A DNA stretch of 64,000 bases from Auanema rhodensis (GCA_964057225.1 OZ059894.1:9858001-9922000); one strand, 5' to 3'; counted from the first letter of the stretch, positions 24,692 to 39,761 are shown. Numbers and translations are program-made. The notes: generated by a model from the letters alone, not told the origin.

Positions 24692-27600
24692 ATTTTAAGC
24701 TGCAAAAACATAGAAGTTTACTTGAAATATTGAAGAATTTTCTGAATATTATATAAAATAAAATTGAAACAATGAAATTTTATTATTTCTCAAAAAAAAA
24801 TTAAAATTAAAATACAAAATTGTGGAAAATAGCAGATTTGAAGGCGTTTGACACCTTCCTTCTCAAAACGTCAAAGTGATGTTCTATATAAAAAACGTTT
24901 GACATGCTCAACAGCTGACAAAAGAAGCTTTGAGAGGAGATATGCTTCCGCTCAATTGCATCAATTGCTATCACAGATAATACACTAGAAATTTTAAATT
25001 TTTTGAAATAAACAATGTAAACTGAAAGAAGATGTTTAATTTCTTCCGTTTTGATTAGTAAAAATGATATAAACAATGAAAATTATGAATGTTATGACAG
25101 ATGAAACCATTGAATGCAACCGCTTTTCTACAAAACTTTATGAAAAAATAAAATTATTACTTGCGTGTTATTTCTAATGAAAATTCTGCTATAATTGGTC
25201 GTTTTTTTCTTAACTATATATGCTAATTTTTAACAATTTCCGTAAGATTATGCTAATTTTGAGGAAGAGAAATACAAACTTTTTTTAAAAATTGAACATT
25301 CATATGTGGATGGTGTTTATTCAAATACATACATGTTATATCAAATATACTATGAACTAGTATGATAACATGTGATATTTTTATCTTTTTTTTTGGCCAA
25401 AAATATTGAACACAAAGATTTGAGCTAAAATGAGATTATTCAATCATATATTTAAAGATTTTCTTTAGCTTTACTCAAAAAAAATAAATAAAAAGTTTCA
25501 AAGAGCTTAAAGCTTAGTATAAAAAGAAAATGTTTTATGACTGACTCATGAGCATGTAAGCCCCTTTTGTGTTGGCGGCCATACATCGTACGCGTGAACT
25601 ACTCACGTCTTCTAAATCACATTACATCAACTTTGCTTTTCTAGAATCATTCTGTATTTTATATTTTCTGTAATTTCATCGGCTATTTTTTGCTAAGAAA
25701 AGCAATTAAACAATAAAAGCTTATTCATTCATCCATATCATACATGTTGTATATGCATATATGTATAATCATCTTTTCTGAAGTCATACATTAAAATTTT
25801 AATTTGAATGTTATAGGACCATTTAGAGTTATCTTTCATTTTATCTGACTTTCCTTACTAAGTACCATTTATAACTTGTTTTTTTCTTGATTTCCCAATA
25901 AAAGAAATAGCAAAAACATAAAATCTAGAGCATCTCTTTGCACGGGGTAGCATTTTTGCCTTTTCAAACATTCAATTCAAGTTTTAATATCAGTTTATCA
26001 CTTTTTCAAATCTTTTTTTTCTCTCAATTAAAACATTTCTGAGAATCTGAAAATTAATATAATTCATGTTAAAATCTTAATTCTTTGTAATAATAAACAA
26101 TTTCTCAATTCTTAAAATGTGTCTACACCAGCTGTCAGATGATGATGACGATGATGATTATGACATGCAAAACAGTTGACTTCAGCTATCTCCAGCTTGT
26201 TGAACTTGAAACGAGCATACTCCCTATAATGGAAATTTCACACATCTAGATATTTGTGTCTCTCATATTTCAAGTATCAATGAAACCACAGAATTTATAA
26301 TCGATTAACTTCACAAGTGAGCAATAATACGATAACATTCGGATTGAGCAACTGCTCTTAAAATTATTTTTGTCCTCCCCCCCCATCCTTCTTGAAGTTT
26401 CAACTCCGACCTCTGTACGCTATTCGCAATGCTCAGAAGCTCGATGACGATGACAACGACAACTACAATGATGTGCTCACTACTAAGCCTCAATCATAAA
26501 TGCTACATCCTCCAGTGTCGTCTTTCTTCTCTCAACATTTCCAAAGCTACAAGCTTGTTCAATATCAGTGTTGTTTCAGTTCATTTGAGCAAGAAAGATG
26601 TGTGAAATTCTTTGTTCATTCAATCTTCCCCCCACAAATTTCAGTTTCATTCTCTTTCTTTCAAAAGAATTTTTATGAAAGGTGCTCATTTAAGGACAAA
26701 ACTATTTTCTTCCATAAAATCCGGAGCAGAGAATGAAGCGAGAAGAGGAAGTGTGAATTCTATTGTTTTCTAATAAAATTGCCAAATGTGCCTTTAGCCT
26801 ATTATCATTGCCAATCCTCAAATTTTCGTTTTGTCATCTTCGCTTCCTTTCCTTATTCCTCCTTTTCTTTTTTTTTAATTTTTTAATGACGTCAAGTTAG
26901 TAGATGATGCGTCTCTGACTTCTCTTCTTGATTTTCTTTTAGTTCTTCCTGAAACATCGTAATGACAATTTATAAAACAACATGCTATTTGTCGTTTGTT
27001 TTCTATTTTCTCGCATCCTATCCAACTTTCCAGTTATTTTTGTGTAGTTTTTACATGAAAATCAGATGATAATTCAACTGTTCCATTGCCATATGTTCCA
27101 TTTCTTTCCTAATACTTGCAAATCATCAGCTATTCCATATTTGAATTAATCTTTTCTGTTTCTGCTGGGTGTCAGCACATCCTCCTACGCTCAACTACAT
27201 GTGTTTTCCCACTCTCGCCCGTTCTCTCCATCATTTTCTCTCTCTCTCTTTCTCTCTCTCTTTTACCTTCTCTCTTTCTCTCTCTCTCTTACCCTCCATC
27301 TTTCTCTCTCTCTCTTACCCTCCCTCTTTCTCTTTTTCTCTCACTCAGTTGTTCCCTCTCCCTCCTCTCACCATAAATGATATGTGAGGTAACGGCCTCC
27401 ATTTTTCATCTCGTATGTATTGCTTTGAACTAACTTGATTACCTAAACAAACATTATTTAATTATTCATTTCGTCTTCTTGTCACCCTCAAACAAAACTT
27501 CTTATTGCACCTTCTGATTTGAAATTCATTCAAAAGCCCATTAAAGGCTTCCGTTCATGCTCTGCCACCAACTTGAAAAAAAACTTTCAATTTCCAGCTG

Positions 27601-27847
27601 ATTACTTTGAAAATTTGCCTTTTCAATTCTACATTAACCCATTATCAATCTTTTTATTCGTTTTCTCGGCACCTACATTAAGCTGGCTTAACCGTTTCTC
27701 AAATTAATCTAAAAACCTTTAATTCTTCAATTTTCCCTTAAAAAGTAGTCATTTTTAAGTTATCTTCTCAAATATTTTTCATATCATTTGAGCATTTATT
27801 CAAATATTCAACTGTTTCAAATGACTCAGAGGTGATCGAAACGAAAG

Positions 27848-27904
<57 letters not shown>

Positions 27905-29250
27905 TGGGAGGGAGAGACTCATCTACTAGCTTTTGCCATTATCTAACGAGCTTAGCCCTTTTTCTGGTAGTTAGTGCTTCTACTGCCCTCAGTCCGCTAT
28001 TTCCATTCTCCTCATCTATTCACATCGTCAGTTCACCCTTATTTGAGGAAAGGCTGAAGCTGATGATGAAATTGGACGACACATTCCAAAATTTTGATGA
28101 GTTGTATAAGGACATTCATACTAAAGCAGTGAAAATTGGCAGAATACCTCCACGGACAGATTACGTGTTCTAATAGTCTTTTCTTGATGACGTTTCAACA
28201 TATTCAAACTTAATTCAGCCAAGAAGAAGTGAATATCTCTCACAACAGTCTCCTCCCTCTCTCTATATGACGGCTATGAGAAGTTGGCATGTTTCATGTG
28301 TCCGAGCACTTCATATATCTGATGCCAACTTCCCTCATTTTCACAAAGAACTCACTAACCATATGATAACTATTTCCGCCACATATAGAAGTCAACGCCA
28401 GAATATCAGAATACTAACTGTTGTCAACATAGTTATAGCTGACGTCTACTATATATTGAAGAAATAGTTATGATACACTTCGGATTGTTATTTTCAAGTT
28501 CAATAGTTAACTGTTGATCTCATCAACTGTTCTATTTTTGCAAATAAGCCACTTCCACAGATTTTCTTCTTCAGAAATACAATGTTGATGAAATATTTCA
28601 TGAATTTGTAGCAGTATTTTTCTTCATTTCCTAAATCTCATTATAGCCCAACTAAAAATGTTTTTTTTCTTAAATTTTTATAAAAAAAGCTGGTTGCTAG
28701 TGGTCATGAGAAAACCACAAAACCTTCATTTCCGACGGCGAAAATGCTCGCCAAAGGACCCATTTGCACAGCGCACAATCATTTCTAGAAAACTCTGTCA
28801 GAATCCTCTGTCGTTGTTGTCTCGTTATTCACCGTTCCTTATACTACATGAGCACTACACATGCCTAAACATTCCTTCCTAATCAGTTGTTGCCTGTTTT
28901 CATCATAAACTTCATCTATATTCAACGATCTTTAAGTGTTTTGTCACATATTTTTGTACTTTTGAAACATCGAACTGTGTTTTTTGTCACAAAAAAGTTC
29001 AGAAATGATAACTTTTCCTCATCGTTATTGTGTTTCAACATCTTATTTTTCTATATTTACATGGATATCATTCTATATTTCACTTTTTTCATCATATTTC
29101 AATGTAATATGTCTCTCTTACTTCAGCTGTTTTTCAATTTCTTCGCATCTTGAGACAATCTAAATACGTTCTAACCCGATAAAGCATGTTGAAGATTTTT
29201 GTTTTTTTCCATCGAATCGTCTCAATTTCTAGTGTCATATATCGTCTCGG

Positions 29251-29446
29251 ATGGGCTGTGTTCAAACCAAATCTTCGACGACGACATCATCGTTTACGAC
29301 GCCAAACGCATCATTTAGAGGCGTTATCTTCGACTACAGTGAAGTTCTATGGCTTCATTCCCGCAATACGCATCTCTATCGAAGTAAGTGAATAGATTTT
29401 CTGTTTTTTCTACATATGTTTTGCTGTAAAAATCTGTAGAATGAAG

Positions 29447-29519
<73 letters not shown>

Positions 29520-31153
29520 GGAGGGAGGAATGAAGAAAGGAGATGATGATCATGACCATAGATGTACAAGTGCAGCACAATATCTGGTGGCTTCATAACA
29601 AAACTCAAGTTTTCATTATCATAGTTATTTCTTTGAAATTACAAATGACACCTTTAGATTTACATTGAAAGCAAGCATCAAACTCTGAAATTATTTTTGA
29701 AAAATCGAAAAAGAAAACATCATGTTTCTTTGGAAAAAACTTGAAAATATTCAATTGGTAAGAAACTAAATATATGATTTGAATCTTGTAGAATCAATTG
29801 TTTTTGAAACAAAATTTATAGTTAATCACCTAAGAAAAGATATTTGAAATAGAAATGTCTTCATTCTTCTCTATGATGATGTCAGATTGAGAGGGAGTTG
29901 TCGTAGTAAGCAATGCGATTCATCAATAATCGAATATTGTTTTTCCGGAATCTTCTAGTTTTTAATTTAGATAGAGAATATTCGAAGGGAGGTAGTTAAA
30001 GACAGAGAGAAAGAGGGAGGGAGAAAGGGAGTATGAGGTAAATGGGAAAAGAGAGAGAGAGAGAAAGAGAAGGGAAGAATGAGGTGAATGGGAGAGAAAT
30101 TTATAAAAAAAAAACAAAAATTGAACAAAGGTTATGTCGTAATCAATCATTCAATCTCGTGCCAATGGCGTATTTATGACTTAATTCACACATTCAACCC
30201 AAGAAAAGATATTTTTTAAGAGCAAATTAAGAGCATTAAAACTTTTTCAGCAACTTGAGTATAGTTCAAGCCAAATGCACTCTCTAATCGTTTCATTTTC
30301 AGTCATCGAAAAAGACATGGGAATAGATGAAGGAAGTATAATGGAAACGTTAAGTAGCGACATATTCTACAATGTCATTCCACCAGATTGTACGGATAAC
30401 TTCCTGACGGGTCAATTTACTGCTGTAGAACTTGATCAGCTGTTCACAGAAGCATACAATAGGAAAGTAAGAAAACTTCAAAAAAGCTTCAATACATCAT
30501 GATTTTGAACTTTATTCAGAATGGAACTGATCTTAGCTTCTTCCCACTTTATTCTCACCAAAAGTATGATAATGAAATTGTGTATGTGAGTATATTTTCT
30601 TTGTTTTTTCATTATTTTATCATATTTTGCAGGAAGAAATTGCTTTAAAAGCCTGTAATCGACTTCGAGAAAATGGAATTAGCACAATTCTGTTGATGAA
30701 TACTTTCCATGTCGACTACTCTAGACAAGGTAACGATTGGGAGCATCCAAGAAGAAACCTACTCAATCAGATTTCCATCATCAATCTATCTCTTTTCAGG
30801 CCGCAAAATTAAAGCTTTAAATCCATATTTTGATTATGTTATTGAATCATGTATAGAAGGATATCGAAAGCCAGATCCTCAACTATTCAAAGTTTGATTC
30901 TGACAAATTTTGAAAAAAACATTTCTATCTTTACAGATTGTTATGAAGAAAACGGGTTTTCGAGCTAAAGAACTTATAATGTTAGATGATGAACATAATA
31001 ATTGTGAAGCTGCATCAAGCTTGGGAATTCACACGATACAAGTTCGAAAAAAGCAACTTATTCGTATATATTTAAAGAAACCTATTTCAGGTGAACAATA
31101 CAATGGATGCAATTGAAGATTTAGAGCAATTAGTTGGTCTTGAGCTTTTATGA
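29251..31153 (+). CDS. HAD-superfamily hydrolase, similar to the sEH/ACAD10 N-terminal phosphatase domain
   Basis: Exon 29251-29383 MGCVQTK...RGVIFDYSEVL (motif I) splices in phase to the exon at ~30303; later exons give ILLMNT (II), FDYVIESCIEGYRKPDPQLF (III), IMLDDEHNNCEAASSLGIHTIQV (IV); ends EQLVGLELL*. Confidence 0.85.
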
Positions 31154-31303
31154 TCCATAACTCTTCAGTATGAAACAACGAAAAAAAGGAAACAAATCAC
31201 TTATATTTGTACATAATCATACATAAAACTATTTCAAACATTCCTTAACTATAATTTTTGTGATTATAATGAAATACAAGATTGAAGTCAATTTCACAGA
31301 AAA

Positions 31304-33599
31304 TTACCAGCCATAAGCTTCAAACACATCATCAATGAAGGCAGTACACCGAGCAAAGGACTCATTTCGACTGAAACGAACAACAATTCTTTAAATGTTT
31401 TTCACAACATATACAAAGCTTCATACCGTTTATCATCAGCTAACAGAACAGTGTTAGACCAGAACCAATTGGAGAAAACAGTATGAGCAAGGGCAGAAGG
31501 ATAAAATCTTTTGATATCTTCCTGAAATAGTTGTATCATAACAAATTGGTTGAAGTATGCTTAAGAGGTACATCTAGCTCTTCTCTGGTGAAAGGCATTT
31601 TACAGTTTTTCTTCTTTAATTCCTCAGACAGACGGTTGTAATAATGGTCAATCAGAGGTTTCTGTAAACGTCGACGATTCTCAACGCTTGTACATGTACT
31701 GAGAACTCTCAAAATATCTTCAACCTAAACGTTATTCTCTATGTAATTTCAAATATTTAAGGATAATTTACAGGACTACCAGTCGAAGATGCTTGCCAAT
31801 CAACAATAACTCCTATCTTGCTGTCAGACTCCCATAAAATCTGTGGAGCCCATAGATCCCCATGAATGAGAGCCCAGGGACCATCTGCAATCAGCTTGTT
31901 ATTTTCAACTAATAATAAACGATGTCGATATATCAATATCACAGATAATATTTTGAACGTTTCAATGCCAATCGCATGATAGTTCACGTGTAATGGACAC
32001 GTGGACTTTATTTTTAATGTGAAACGGCACAAAGCGGTTGTTTTTCGGCCGGTAAATTTTCAAAGTTTCGCCTCTAAAATTGAAAAAAATAATAATATAA
32101 ACTAACTTTTATTTATATAATTCATTGTCAAGTCATGCATCCAATTTTCATTTTTTTCAAAAGTGTTGTCGAGAAGTTTCTAAAATACTATCATTCATAA
32201 AGCTGTTTCCAATAGACTTATCATGCCTGAAGTTTTCCAAACATATCGGGATAACGCTCGATAATTTGTTGTATTGTACCTCTAGCTAATTGACCAAATC
32301 TTTGCATGAATGCCAAACGCTAAATATTTACTGAAATGGGGAAATTCAGAAGAAACAATCGTACCTTTTCAGATGGTTTCATTGATTGATACTGTTCACT
32401 GGTAAAGCCATAGGCTTGTAGTAGCACAATCTCATTAACTATAGCATATAACTGTAATCAAAAAGCTTTTTCAATCAAAATATAATAATCTAACCTGTTC
32501 TTCATTATATCCATCTATTAAGTCAATTAAAGTACAATTTTTATAATCTTTTAAAATTAGAAATGGGTTTTCTTCATTATGTTTACCAGCAAAATAGGTT
32601 TTAGGGTACGCAAACTTCACCTCATTGTCATCTAAGAAATGGTTTTTTAGAATTCTTTCCCGTTAAAGTAGAAATTTTACTTACTTTCGCAAAAATGATT
32701 CAGAGTTTCTACTTCATTGTTATGTAACTCAATTCTTATATAGTTTAACCTAGCCTCTTCTTCAGGGCTCCTTTCGGACTGTCGCGATGAAAGTTCAGGG
32801 CAGCAAGCTTCTGTGATCTATAGAATTCAGCAATTTTTACGTGATAAGAAGGCATATTAAAATATTTTTAAAATTTTGTTATCAATTCTCCTTTAATGTT
32901 CGTGTTAGAAAATGAAACATTTACGGTTTGTCTAGTGAACAACGATCGTTATCACAGATGAAAACTTTGGAAAATATTTTGTGTGACATTATAGACCTTA
33001 ACATCCCCAATTATTAATACTCGATGTAATTTCAAACCCAATTTACAATAGATCGGTAATGAGTAATAAGAGTGTAGATAGAATACCAATCAGTTTGTCT
33101 ATGTTCTATGGCCACACGAAGTAAAGGATATGAAGATATAGATTACATTGAGGTCAGTTACCCACAAAGATGAGCCATCGCAATCAAAGAGAAATCGAAT
33201 AATAGAGATATTTTGTATCATTCTTCCTCTTTTTTTCCTCTCTCTCTCTCTGCATACAAAAAGAGAAAAGGAGAGAAAGAAAAAAAGGTAGAGGTCATAT
33301 CACTCAATTACTATACTTATTAAGATGTAACCTTGATGATAACTGAGTCTGGCAGATTTTTACTATCTTCTGGCCAATCCAATGACAGACGACGAATAAC
33401 TGACATGTACCCTATGGCTTCCGGTCCTAAAGCTTCAACCTGAAAAGCATGTACAGTATCAAGAAAATCTTAAAAATGCCAAAACCACTGATTTAAAGCT
33501 TACATTTGAAATTTTAGGTTTTTTACCACACTTCTCTGCAAGGATTTGCTCCACAGCTGATTTAGTAATAGGAATAAAAGAATCCAAAAAATCAGTCAT
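31304..33599 (-). CDS. EcKL / CHK-kinase-like small-molecule kinase (APH/choline-kinase fold, nematode-expanded family)
   Basis: ttttacag acceptor then MTDFLDSF; GYMSVIRRLSLDW, SVIIKI, LHNNEV, Brenner-type LIHGDLWAPQILW, IVDWQ, GSPVEDILRVL; ends DVFEAYGW*. Confidence 0.88.
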
Positions 33600-34435
33600 A
33601 ATGCTGTAAAAAAGTCCGAAATACAAAAAAAACAGAGAATTAGTAAGAAAGGAGGAATTGTAAGCAAAACAAATTGTTAAGAGGATGTCAATAAACGGTA
33701 AGAAACGCGTGAGAACACATCAAACTATGCTGAGCCCATTTTGAAAGGAAGACAGACCATGGACAATAAAGCCAAACATCAGTAGCAGTAATCTACAGAT
33801 TTGGCAAATGTGAAAATTTGATAAGATAACCATTAATCCATTAAACACAAATAATTATATGTTGCATAAAAATTGAACACAAAAGCACATAGAACGTTAA
33901 TTTTATTAAAAAAACATTCCAAATTTTTAAAAACTCAAATAGTTTTTGCTCATTTTTTTTTGCGGACCCTAAATATCCGAAAAGTTTCGAAAATCCAAAA
34001 GCCTTAGCGATTAAGGGAATTTGACTAATTTTTTTCGAGTAATTTCGTTATAAAGTTGAAGTGTATGATGAAGAATCGAGTGAATTGAAACGTTTTTTTC
34101 GTTTTTGAAAGAGTGATAGGATATCTAATACACACAATGACACATTGCGCACATTCTCTCTATAATATTGACTTATTTCCTCTACTACTGCACATTCTGA
34201 TTCATTTGTTTCATGTTTTTTGATTGAAGTAATATGATGAGATAGAAGTTATGAAACGAAATAACTTGTAATACTAATTGCCCTAAATGGCATAAATCAA
34301 TGAACTAGATCTTCGTGAATTCGCTTACTGCTTTATTCATCAACGTAAACAGATAAAAACAAATAGAAAATACCGCGTGGAAGAAAATTGAGATGAATGT
34401 AACAGAGAAACAACAAAAAAAGGAATGAAATGAGG

Positions 34436-34803
34436 TTAAACATCAGGTCCTTCTCCTCCAGGAACTAGCATAGTGATGTGATTTCCATTCAATAAAATGG
34501 AATCCAATTTTGTAACGCGCTTGCCCTCAGGAGTTTGTTCGTATTCAACCTGAATACAAAAGATTTCACAGTCTAAAATAGAAGCCGAGATGACTCACAA
34601 CGTCTTCAAGAACCATGTTAACGTAGTCATCGAATCCAGCCAAAGTTCCAACAATTTCTTTCTCGCCTACAAAACAAAACAAATCACAACATTGATTGGC
34701 AAATAATATTACCTTTCATGATTACCCAAATACGGGAACCAATACACTTATCAACAAGTTCCAAAGGAAGAAGAGTTGAAGGATTAGCAGAGGTAGAAGC
34801 CAT
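34436..34803 (-). CDS. lsm-5: U6 snRNA-associated Sm-like protein LSm5
   Basis: Three exons give [90 protein letters not shown]. Confidence 0.96.
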
Positions 34804-35278
34804 GACTCAAAACTATATATCACAAATTACCAATTTTAATAATTTTACAAGAAATAACCACTAAAGTATAATTCGACTAAAACGAAGAAACATTGAATAA
34901 AAAAAGTATTAGACTATTTAATTTTTCTACCATAATTGACAATATTTACGAGTAAAAACAAATGTCATTGCAGTTATGAGAATATGTAATACAAAAAAAC
35001 TGACTTTGTCATATATTTTGTATAAACCTGATTATATAAATTATGGAAAATCTTTCAGATTTTGAGTAATAAATATTAGTTAAGCGTATATATGGGCAAA
35101 GCACATTAGACACGTTAATTTGGCAACCATGCAGATAACACACATGCGGAAAAAACTAATTCCAAAAGAAAAAAAAACAGCTAAACTCTTGGCAATTGTT
35201 TGGAAAAAAAGTGGATATATGAAGCAATTTTTTAAAAATACAAGTCTCAGCATAACTACAGCATTAACACGACATAAC

Positions 35279-36495
35279 TCATGCTTCATCCTCGTCTGGA
35301 GGAGCGAATCCTTCTTCGGTCTCATAGAGAATGTCTAACACTCTTCCTACTTCAACGTTGCCTACGCTTTCATTATCTTGGCATAAGACCTGAAAGCAAT
35401 GAACGATTAATAATGCACCGGATAATGTAAGAAAAACCTCAATTTGACGTAATTTACTGAAGTAGAAATCGCGCTCTTTCTCTAGACTAGAGATAACGGC
35501 ATCAGATTCAGATAATTGTCGGTTAACCTAGAAAAACAGAAATAGTTATGATTATTCAAACAATTAACAACCTCATCAAGTTCTGATTTCATCTGTTTCA
35601 TCTGCATAGCGTCCACAGAAGGAGCTACAGCAGCAGGTTTTGCAGAAGCAGGAGCTTTAGCAACTCCATTGGTATTAGCTGCGGTCTTAGGTCCTAGAGC
35701 AGTACGAGCTGGGGTAGCAGCAGGGGCAGGCTTGGGCTTAGGAGTAGCAGCGGTATTGATAGAATTGTTCGAAGTATTCCTAACAGGGGTAGCTCTACTA
35801 AAATGTCTAATATGTAACAAATTGAAAAATATTCCCCAACATACGTTGCAATAGAAGTTCTAGTTGGTGCTTGCATCCTTGTAACTGTAGGTTTTCCAGC
35901 AGCTTCAGCTGGTAAAGCTTCATTTCCACGAGCTTCAACAGGATTGTATTCATGGCCATCATAATTAGCATCAAAGAATTTCTTGAACCATTGCAGGAAT
36001 TCGAAATTATCCTATAATAGATGCAAGGTACAATTTGAAAAACTATAAATATCACCTGGAATTTGCCTTTGATCAATTTATCAACTGGTACAACTTTCTC
36101 AACTCCAAGTTGTTTCCATGAAGTTTGAACAAGCTGAAAACAAAGAGTATAAAACAGACTTTACCAGCAATCAAAAACCTTCCAATTTCCTAGCCAATCC
36201 AATTCTAAATGGGAGTTCCATTTCACCTTTTTCATGGGTATGCTTCCGGGGAACAAGAAATCAGTAAACTTCAAATTACACAATAAAAAGGGAAATTTAG
36301 GGGAAATAGAACCTGGCAATATCCAGCTCCAGTATAAAGTTGTTCGATTTTTGAGAAATTACTTTGCAAGCAATCATTAACCTGAATATAATTTTATGGA
36401 AATATAATATTATCCGAACAAACCCATAGTAACATCTCATGTCGAGAGAGGTTTTCCGTTGTTGCAGAAGTTGTAAAAACGTTAATAACCGACAT
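35279..36495 (-). CDS. ebp-1: EB1/RP family microtubule end-binding protein
   Basis: [58 protein letters not shown] (CH domain), Ala/Pro linker, [15 protein letters not shown] (EBH), [17 protein letters not shown]. Family is certain; the ebp-1 versus ebp-3 paralogue call is not. Confidence 0.92.
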
Positions 36496-36905
36496 ACTAA
36501 AAAGGAAAAAACCATATAAATGAAAAATAATAAAAAACCAAAGGTAACGCCGAAGCGTAATCGTTTGAAAACAATAATTATTTCAAGAAATAACATATTT
36601 ACATAGCTAAAAACTATTATGATATGTATGTAAAATCTATGCGTTGATAATAGATGGTCAGTTTTTGCTCTCTAGAATACAATGATTCAATAAGAACAGA
36701 CAACAAACACGTAAAGGACAACGAGTAATATGGGAGAGAGAGAGACAGAAAGGGAGGCAAAAGAGAGAGATGACTCGACAATATTAGTATAATGTGAGCT
36801 GCCCCCAACTTAGCTAAACTAGCGACAATGATAATGGCGGCAGCTACAGCATGTGATCACTGTAGACAAAGGGAGAGGGTGAGAGTTTAAAAGAGTGAGT
36901 GCAAT

Positions 36906-36937
<32 letters not shown>

Positions 36938-37536
36938 GTATATGTATATATATAAGACAAAATTAAAGAGGACAAGAAAGGAGAAAACGAGACACAGAAA
37001 TATGAGCAATTCGTAGGAAACTTTCAGGGTACATATAGCACTCACAGATTAATAAATTAGTCACCAGATAAAGAGACAAGTATGGATTTTGCGCAAGAAT
37101 GGCAACAAAAGTCTAATCACAGGCACATTAAATCACCGGCGAATCGAAAATATTAAGTATAACATCAACAATTGATTGTGGGTACAGACTATAATGACTG
37201 TTAAGAGGACAGGAGGGTTGTCATCAACTAGTAAAAGATTAAGATCTCTGAGAACGTGGGGGTCAAGACACAATGAAGGAACGTAAAAAAGTGGAGGGAG
37301 CTAAGAAAAGAATAGTAGCGCAGTAGAGGGATTCAAGGAAAGAATTAGACTATTCCGATGTAAAATAGATTAAACCATCTATATTTCAAACAAGCACGCC
37401 TCAACTAATATTCGAAATTAAACATTATTTCAAAAGAAAACCCGCTATTATTGGTATATACATGGTCGCAATATGCTCCTAGCGTGAAAGCTAAACGATG
37501 ATATTCACGACGTATCAAAAATAGAAATTTGTGGCT

Positions 37537-39761
37537 CTAAGGAGATCGATTAGGCAAAAGACAACTTAATAGTGATCGGTTTCTTCTTGGGCATGATGGT
37601 CCTTTCCTGCTGTCGTCGCGCGAGCTGTTACCTCCCGGAATACTCAGTATAGTGTCTTAAAGATGTGTCGTAAAGTTTGAAAAGTGGTTTAAGACACCGA
37701 CCGTCCATATCGTTCGTGGCTACTAATCGATCTTGGGGAATTCCTGCACCATACATTTGTTCCAAGGCTTTCGAAACACTCAAAGGCCGAAAGACAGAGT
37801 GCTTTCGATTGTCCGGGAAAGTGGAAAATGGAGCATCCTGAATTTCGAAATAAGAATACAAAGCAAAACCGAATGGAAAAGCTGAAGAGGCATAATGAAA
37901 AACGAAAACATACCGAGAAAAATGTCTCTCTGTACCAATCACAACTCTTAATTTCATCTAAAGACCACCGAGTGGACGCATTCTTATCTAATAAACCAAA
38001 AAGAAGTCTGGAAATTGAATGATAATTTCATTTACAAGTGGAAAAAGTTTTATACTTTTGGAGCAAATCGTCCAAGACTATAGTCGTTGGCATAACTAAG
38101 GGTTGCTTTGCAATATTGTCAAACAGTCGCATAATGACCTAAAAAGGCGTCATAAAGTATTGAACTAGATAACAGAGACATACCTCTCCTTGGAAAGGAT
38201 ACTCTCCGGAAATCATATTGTACAAAGTCACACCAGAAGACCAAACGTCAGCTTTGAATCCACTGAAAATATTTGTTTAACCTCGAAACAATTGTTTAAT
38301 AGTACCTGTATGATGTAGTATTTCCAGAGACAAGTTCGGGAGCTTGGAATTGAGGGGTGCCTTGCACAGTTTGGCACATATCATTATTCTAAAAGAGAGA
38401 GTAAGAATGACAACATAAAAACATTAACGTACACTGAAAGGTGGAAGCTCTTCAGCTACACCAAAATCAGAAATCTTGAGAACAAATTCAGGTGATAGCA
38501 AGAGATTTCCTGGTTTAATATCTTTATGCACAATGCCAATAGAATGAAGATACTCCAATCTGAGAAAAAAAATAATAAAGAATAAAAGTGTAAAAATGGA
38601 AAGAATCGACACGAAATCGGCGTCTTACCCTTTAATAAGCTGCCGAAAATATGAATGAACTTCCGGTTCTGGCAAACGTTTTGAAGGTGCGGCATCTAAT
38701 AGTTGCTGTACACTGCCCATGCAAAATTCCATGACCATGTACAATTTTCTTTTTTCATCATTTCGAAAAACCTGCAGCGAAATTTAGAAATATCGTATTC
38801 GAAAGCAACTATATTTACCTCAATAAGACGAATAATATTTTCATGTTGTACTTTCCGTAAAATTCGGATTTCACGTTCAACATTCTCTTGACCATTAGGA
38901 ATCTTTCGCAACCTATTAGTTTTAACAATTTTAACTGCTCGTCGTACAAGTGAAAATTCTTCAACTACTTCCTTAAATATAGAGAATGAATCATGCAGTT
39001 TTTTCTGAGAAAATTACTACCTTCACTTTAGCATAAGAGCCTTCCCCGATAACATCGCCAAACAAATATCCATTACAAATTTTCGGTTTTTTCTCACTGA
39101 ATACCTCATCTACAAACTGAAAAGAAAAAACTATTTAAGCTCCAAAAAACACTTGTAAACTAACCGTTTCCTCTTCAACCGGCTGGAAAACTAAACCTTC
39201 GCCTTGAATAATAGCTTTTATTCGTTCGGCTGTAAGATTGACGTCAAATTCATCAGCAAACTGAAAACGATTGAACAATGTAAATATGAAACAAACAAAG
39301 AGTTCTATATGTGTCATGCATGAAAAATCAATTAAAGTAGGCCCATATAATACATTAGTTGGACTCATAATCAAGCATACCTCTGATCTTGGAGGACCGC
39401 ATTGCAATTGCCATTTCATTTTATCCGCTAGATCATCAGGATTTTCAGGATTCGGAGTTTCCTCTTCTTCACTCTCGTCACAGCCAACTGATAGTTTCTG
39501 AATGGAAAAAACAATTAGGAAAACTCAATGTTTCTCAAAACTAACCAGCTGATTACTTGGAAGAGAACCACAATTAGGTGCACTCGGTTCAGGAAGCCAT
39601 TGTTCTGATTTATTCAGAGAAGATGGCTCTTCAGGTAAACTTAATGAACCCTTAGAACTATCACTTCGATCATCTGGCGTGATCAAATGAGACGGAGCCG
39701 AGTCCATAGCAGAATGGGGCAAGTTAATTTCGCAGGATGAAACAGTGACGCCAATATCCAT
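37537..39761 (-). CDS. par-4: LKB1/STK11 serine/threonine kinase
   Basis: [102 protein letters not shown]; last exon ends [16 protein letters not shown]. The start could instead be MDSAPS at ~39707. Confidence 0.94.

Noticed and set aside
27116-28173. ORFs rich in LSLSLS or ERERER (also at 7012, 7522, 29324, 60185, 63533)
   Set aside because: Translations of GA/TC microsatellites.
28050-28173. TGATGA boxes suggesting a C/D snoRNA, or short ORF MMKLDDTF...
   Set aside because: No properly placed CTGA D box or terminal stem; no splice or homology support.
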